Origin: Octopus sinensis
Taxonomy: Eukaryota
DNA length: 13,958 nt
Reading direction: 5' to 3'
Assembly (NCBI RefSeq): GCF_006345805.1
Contig: NW_021826036.1
Location: 1 to 13,958, forward strand
Below the pieces are notes generated by a model. It was given only the letters and a program-made list of their open reading frames with translations. It made no database searches and was not told the DNA's origin. A program made the position numbers and the translations under genes. Below are positions 8,966-13,958 of this stretch, one piece after another (positions within the stretch are counted from its first letter, which is position 1; every line of letters begins with the position of its first letter).

Positions 8966-9124
8966 CACTTATACAGACAGATTAACACTTCCGTTGAGAG
9001 AGCTCCACGAGATTACCATTATTCATTGAATAACAGCTTAACATCCGGGTCGTCAAATTGTCTTCATTCCCCCCCCCCCCCCAACAACCACCCAACCTTC
9101 TTTCTTAATCTTCTCTCTTGCCCC

Positions 9125-9127
<3 letters not shown>

Positions 9128-9161
<34 letters not shown>
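9128..9161. repeat. (CT)n microsatellite
   Basis: Direct reading. Confidence 0.95.
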
Positions 9162-9164
<3 letters not shown>

Positions 9165-9368
9165 CACCCACTTCGCCTTTCTCCTTTTCCCCATCTCTTT
9201 ATCTCTGTTTTTCTTCATCTTTCTAAAAGACTCCCAGCCTCTCTCTGCCGTACGTAAACTTTACAAAAACAATGGCTGTATTCTTTATCGTATGTTTTGT
9301 TAAAACTTTTTAAATATTTGTTTCATTCATTTTTAATTTCGCTGTGGTGTGCATAAATATTGTTCTAA

Positions 9369-9460
9369 TAGAATAAGTCCTGTAGTCGATTTCTTCGACT
9401 AAAACCGCTGAAGGCGATGCCATAGCATGGTCGCTGTCCAATGAGTGAAACCAGGTAACA
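9369..9460 (+). mobile_element. SINE family A, diverged tail fragment
   Basis: tagaataagtcctgtagtcgatttcttcgactaaa...gaaggcgatgccatagcatggtcgctgtccaatgagtgaaacc. Confidence 0.7.
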
Positions 9461-9490
9461 GTTAAGTTACGACAAGATTCCACACAATCC

Positions 9491-9551
9491 CAGTCCATTA
9501 AATTCACTCCCAAGGCATTAGTCGGCCTGGGGCTATAGCAGAAGACATACT
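9491..9551 (-). mobile_element. SINE family A, CORE-region fragment
   Basis: aaattcactcccaaggcattagtcggcctggggctatagcagaagac is the reverse complement of the gtcttctactatagcctc...ccttgtgagtggattt segment at 12237-12306. Confidence 0.7.
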
Positions 9552-9824
9552 TTCCTGAAGAGATCCGAAATGGGACGAAACTTTAAAGCGCATTCAAATA
9601 TCTTCTGCATATTGGTTGGGAATTTCTTTGCGTTCACGTCGCTTCGTAAATCGAGAGCATTGGCGATTCGACGAATAGTTGCAAAGATATCGGCAGACTG
9701 ATTCATGCCTTCAAGTTAGTTTCCATTTCGTTACACGAAGCCAATTCAGTTTCTTGGTTTGCTTCGTTGCGCTGTGAAGCGCTTCTGAGTTTGACTTCCT
9801 TTGATCTTTCTCACATTTTGTCGC

Positions 9825-10547
9825 TAACGCCTGTCTTTCATCGTTTTATTCTTAACACTCGTCTCCCACAATTTTTACGTAACGCCGATCTCTTGCAATT
9901 TTTTTTCCGCAACGTCAGTCTCTTAAAATTTTCCCTAACGCTTAACTACTGTCTCTCACAATTTTCTATAACGCCTGTTTCTCATAATTTTCCATAACGC
10001 CTGTTCCTCACAATTTTTCCGTAGCTCCCACCTCTCATAAGTTTTTCCGTCACCCCTGCTTCTTACAAGGTTTTCCATAACGCCTGTTTCTCACAATTTC
10101 CCATAACGCCTGTTCCTCACAATTTTTCCGTAACTCCCACCTCTCATAAGTTTTTCCGTAACCCCTGCTTCTTACAAGGTTTTCCATAACGCCTGTTTTT
10201 CACAATTTCCCATAACGCCTGTTTCTCACAATTTTTCCGTAACTCCCACCACTCATAAGTTTTTCCATAACCCCTGCTTCTTACAAGGTTTTCCATAACG
10301 CCTGTTTCTAATAATTTTCCATAACACCTGTTTCTCACAATTTTTCCGTAATTCTCACCTCTCATAAATTTTTCCATAACTCCTGCTTCTTACAAGGTTT
10401 TCCATAACGCATGTTTCTCACAATTTTTCCGTAACGCCTGCCTCATAAAATTTTCCATACTTCCTGGTCCCTCACTATTTTCCCCGTAACGTCTGTATCT
10501 CAATTTCCCGCTAACGTCTGTCTCTCACATTTTTTTTATCGTAACAC
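9825..10547. repeat. Minisatellite of 26-28-bp monomers with a 4 x 109-bp higher-order core (9969-10404)
   Basis: Monomers A26, B27, C28, D28 repeat in order, with units starting at 9969, 10078, 10187 and 10296. Units 1 and 2 differ at 4 of 109 positions. Degenerate monomers lie on both flanks. Confidence 0.95.
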
Positions 10548-10928
10548 AAAACCCCTGCTCGTCTGCACAATTTTAGTTATGTTTCACATATATTCAATTA
10601 CACTCATCTTGAATTTCATCTCATAGAAGTTCCGCTTTTTCCTTCCGTGAAATGATGTTGGAATAGATTTACAGTTTAGAAACCAATGAGCAACAACGAA
10701 TATATTTACATTGACTAACGATGAACACAATCTTAAAACTGTAAATATTAACTGCAATAATTCTTCTCGTTACATCTCAATTGCCACACTTAATGCTAAA
10801 TTAACCTGTGAACCAATAACTTGCTACGTATCCGCTTATTAATCCACCGGTGCTCAGCCATGCACAGACATCAGTCTCCTGTACCATCCGATGCGCTCGA
10901 AATTCCATAATTATTCAATGATTTGTTA

Positions 10929-11188
10929 ATAATTCATTCTACCAAAGACACACGACCTGGAATTTGCGGTGGGGTGGGATGGGATGGGGTGGGGGAAGGG
11001 TTAGTCGACTACACTACCAACCCCTTCCCTTGGATTTAAAGACACATGTTTTATCGACCCTGAAAGAATAAAAAGTAAATGTCGACCTCGGCGGCGTTTG
11101 AACGCAGAGCGTAAAGCTGGAATAAATGCCGCTAAGCAATTCTTTTTCCCCCCGGGGTGCGCTAACGGTTCTGCTAGCTCGTCGCCTT
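10929..11188 (-). mobile_element. SINE family B, near full length
   Basis: Minus strand reads aaggcgacgagctagcagaaccgttagc...ctctgcgttcaaacgccgccgaggtcgac..., a C-rich stretch, and an ...agaatgaattatt tail. Confidence 0.8.
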
Positions 11189-11199
11189 CAATCGTCACA

Positions 11200-11316
11200 A
11201 TTTTTAGCACAAGGTCTGCAGTTTCAGGGCTGGGCCTAATCGATTATATCAATTCCAGTGTTCAACTGCAACTTATTTTATTGATCCTGGAAGGATGAAA
11301 GGCAAAAGTCGACCTC
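11200..11316 (-). mobile_element. SINE family B, 3' half
   Basis: gcacaaggtctgcagttt...cttattttattgatcctggaaggatgaaaggcaaaagtcgacctc is the reverse complement of the 11498-11610 segment. Confidence 0.75.
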
Positions 11317-11426
11317 ATCCTTTTTGGAGACAAATAAAATAAAAGTATCAGTCAACTACTACAATCAATATATTCGACTAAACCCAATCCACTAAAATTG
11401 TGCATTTAGTAGAAGGGATTATTATT
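11317..11426 (+). mobile_element. SINE family B, diverged 3' half
   Basis: atcctttt...aaagtatcagt...tcgactaaaccc...tgtgcatttagtagaagggattattatt parallels catcttttcgg...tcgacttaacccc...tgtgcctaacttagaaaggatcattatt in the next copy. Confidence 0.6.
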
Positions 11427-11628
11427 AATCGTTAGCACACCGAGCGAAATGACGAGTGGTATTTCCCCCGTCGCTGCGTTCTGAGTTCAAATTCCGCCGA
11501 GGTCGATTTTTGCTTTTCATCTTTTCGGAGGTCGATAAGTTGAGTACTGGGGTCGATGTAATCGACTTAACCCCCGCTCCCTCCACCAAATATCAGGCCC
11601 TGTGCCTAACTTAGAAAGGATCATTATT
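11427..11628 (+). mobile_element. SINE family B, nearly full length (lacks the first ~15 nt)
   Basis: aatcgttagcacaccgagcgaaatg...gcgttctgagttcaaattccgccgaggtcg (box B-like gagttcaaattcc)...ggggtcgatgtaatcgactt...agaaaggatcattatt. Confidence 0.8.
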
Positions 11629-11751
11629 AGTAGTATTAGTAGCAGTGGTAGTCGTGGTAGTAGTTGTATCAAGACGGGAGATTGGCAGATTCATTAGAGC
11701 CACGGATAAGAAAATGCCTTGCGGTATTCGTTTCGGCTCTTTTTTTTTTAT

Positions 11752-11797
11752 TGTGTTGTTGTTGTTGTTGTTGTTGTTGTTGCTGCAGCTGTTGTTA
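11752..11797. repeat. (TGT)n microsatellite
   Basis: Direct reading; it gives the poly-C ORF. Confidence 0.95.
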
Positions 11798-12144
11798 TTG
11801 TTTAGATAATGAGAAAAGTATAAGACTTGACAGTTTCCAATATTTCTTCGTTGAGAAATTCCGTTTTGTTCTGCAGGCTGTTGTCTGAAATTACGGGATC
11901 AATCTACTTTGCGCAGGAGAGACTCGGTTTTTTTGTCTTCCAGCGATCTTCGTGGTGGTCAATTTGAGACATCGGAAAAGCTAACATAAAAAAAAAAAAA
12001 AAAAAAAAAGATTTACGTGTGTCTTTTTTTTTTCTTTTTTTCTCTTTTTGCTGGTCAACAACAATTGTTTTTCCTTTTCTTTTTTTCGGTGTTATGCTTT
12101 GAGCGCTCAATAATTGTATGTTGGTAAAAAGAACTGCTTATTTA

Positions 12145-12334
12145 GAGGCGCAGGCGTGGCTGTGTGGTAAAAGAACTTTTGTTTCCCAGCCACCTGGCTC
12201 TGGGTTCAGTCCTACTGTGTGGCATCTTGGGCTAGTGTCTTCTACTATAGCCTCGTGTCTTCTACTATAGCCTCATGCCGACTACTAAAGCCTTGTGAGT
12301 GGATTTGGTTGACGAAGCTGAAAGAAGCTCGTCG

Positions 12335-12381
<47 letters not shown>

Positions 12382-12403
12382 ATATATATACACATATACA
12401 TAT
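12145..12403 (+). mobile_element. SINE family A, 5' half (tRNA head, CORE-like domain, TA microsatellite) with a 20-bp internal duplication
   Basis: gaggcgcaggcgtggctgtgtggt (box A-like), gggttcagtcc (box B-like), cttgggctagtgtcttctactatagcctc (resembles the CORE domain as recalled from octopus OR-type SINEs), ending in (TA)n. Confidence 0.8.
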
Positions 12404-12498
12404 ATCCACTCTTTTCCCATGTTATACTGAATATTAAGCTAATACATTCCATGTAAACGTCCTTTCTGACTTTGTTATTTGTTATTTTTAATTTTCGA

Positions 12499-12504
12499 TC
12501 TACT

Positions 12505-12538
<34 letters not shown>

Positions 12539-12720
12539 ATATAAAATCCGTTGTCTGTCTGTCTGTCTGTGTTCTAGGATCTTGGGCATCCTCCATCCGA
12601 TTACGCTCTAATTTGATATGTAGATACCGACGGTATCAGGGCGTGGATAAGTCTTGAAAAAATTACAAAAATCGATTCCAAGTGAGAATGCGATCGATAA
12701 AGCCGTTTTTGTCCTGCTTT
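12499..12720 (+). mobile_element. Probable non-autonomous Helitron-like element, 5' part; 3' end not found
   Basis: A|TCTAC start, (TA)n, tatataaaat, (TCTG)n tract, then ccgatt...aatttg. This layout is typical of invertebrate Lep1-like non-autonomous Helitrons as I recall them. No hairpin-plus-CTAG 3' end is visible. Confidence 0.4.
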
Positions 12721-13029
12721 TCTTCTGTCAAACTGTACATAACTGCAACTTCCATTTTTTGTTGTTTTTGTACTACTTAAAGGCACATTTCTTTCCTGCC
12801 AAGCTTACTGTTTAAATCATGTTTGTTGTTGTCTCCCAGTCAACAGCCTTATTATTACTGGTACTTTAAACTCTTCGGTTGCATATTTGTATGAATAAAA
12901 TCGTTTTTCTTTGGAATAGAAAAAAAGTCTATCTTTATTTCTTCTTTTGCTGGTGACTCAAAATTAGGTTAACTCAGTGTTTCTAAAAGGAGAGGCCTAT
13001 GGGACAGTCGGACAAGTTGTTTTGGGAAA

Positions 13030-13530
13030 ATATATAGAGTTGGAATTTACAGAAAGGCAAAAGACGAAGACAGGTGTATAAACAACAAACAGGTGTATTA
13101 GTTTAACGCTGGGAAGCTGACAAAGTCTTTTACGTTTCGAGCCTACAATCTTCAACAGAAAGGAACACAGAAAATAAGCAGAGGGAGAATAAAAATAGCT
13201 TTAGGGGCTAGTGGTCAATCATACAGTGGAGTGAAGGGTAGTAGGGAGGAATGAAGTAGAGGAAGAGAAGAGATTGAGATAAGTAATGGGGAGAAGAGGA
13301 AGGGTAAAGTGAAAAAGAAAAGAAAGAAGAAGAACTGTTTGAAGTGGAGAAAAAAGCTGCTTGAGTGGAGCAAGGAGAGGAGAGAAACAATGGAGTGGAG
13401 GGTAGTAGGGGTTGAATGGATTGGAGGAAGAGAAGAGGATGAGATGAGGGAGGGAATGAAGAAGAGTGGGGAAGGTAAAGAGATGGTGTCAAAAATAGTA
13501 AAATGGATATGGAATATGGAAAAGATGTAA
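13030..13530 (-). mobile_element. Probable PLE-derived remnant: pyrimidine-rich tract followed by hammerhead-bearing pseudo-LTR; boundaries approximate
   Basis: On the minus strand a ~300-nt C/T-rich tract (13230-13530) precedes the hammerhead-like motif. The PLE assignment is inferred from that motif. Confidence 0.4.
13127..13162 (-). ncRNA. Degenerate minimal type I hammerhead motif (second PLE-like family)
   Basis: CUUU-CUGUUGA-A-GAUU-GUAG-GCUC-GAAA-CGU-A^AAAG. Stem I CUUU/AAAG, palindromic stem III ACGU, GUA triplet. The core has A6>U, and stem II has one mismatch and one wobble. Confidence 0.5.
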
Positions 13531-13611
13531 AAGCGACGAGAAAATAGAAATTCCGAATGAACTCAACAGAGCGTGAAATAATAAAGTCACAATTGTGTTA
13601 TATATCATTAC

Positions 13612-13958
13612 AACACACATATATACATACATAAGCACACACACACATATATATACACATACACAAGCACACACGCATATGCATACACACACACACACAT
13701 TTATATATATATACATGCATAAGCACACGCATATATACGCAGACGCGCATATATTCAGACGTGGACACACACAAGCACATACGTATATATACATACATAC
13801 GCACCCACACACTGGCATCAACAGACACACGCACACACACACACACACATTCATACATACATATACATACACAAGCACACACACATATAAATGCATAAGC
13901 ACAGGCATTCACACACACATTCACACTTACACACTCACGCATACACTTTCTCTCTCAC
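13612..13958. repeat. CA/TA/CG dinucleotide mosaic
   Basis: Direct reading; it accounts for the VC-repeat ORFs. Confidence 0.95.

Noticed and set aside
10144-10377. 77-aa repetitive ORF in the minisatellite
   Set aside because: The 109-bp period is not a multiple of 3, so the frame is not maintained between units.
9969-10404. CRISPR-like regular ~27-bp periodicity
   Set aside because: There are no unique spacers (every unit is a monomer variant), no cas genes, and the context is eukaryotic.
13530-13600. Peptide TLLFHALLSSFGISIFSS faintly recalling the C-terminus of PLE GIY-YIG ORFs
   Set aside because: The similarity is from memory only and could arise from T-rich composition. It would need a profile-HMM hit against PLE proteins.
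13208-13942. Several ORFs of 73-139 aa
   Set aside because: They derive from the purine-rich tract and the dinucleotide mosaic.

Overview
Repeat-dominated, AT-rich eukaryotic intronic or intergenic DNA. It is probably cephalopod (Octopus-like), inferred from recalled SINE families rather than a database search. No protein-coding gene can be supported: the ORF track is almost entirely microsatellite or low-complexity translation. The window holds about a dozen tRNA-SINE copies or fragments from four families, a probable non-autonomous Helitron fragment, many microsatellites, and a 4 x 109-bp higher-order minisatellite. The main find is a ~320-bp near-perfect palindrome (6434-6752) whose two arms each carry a minimal type I hammerhead ribozyme motif, the Penelope-like-element (PLE) signature. 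A degenerate hammerhead from a second family lies at 13127-13162. Other points are repeated headless, tails-outward inverted retroelement pairs (dsRNA formers) and a strong candidate 12-nt frame-preserving micro-exon on the minus strand.
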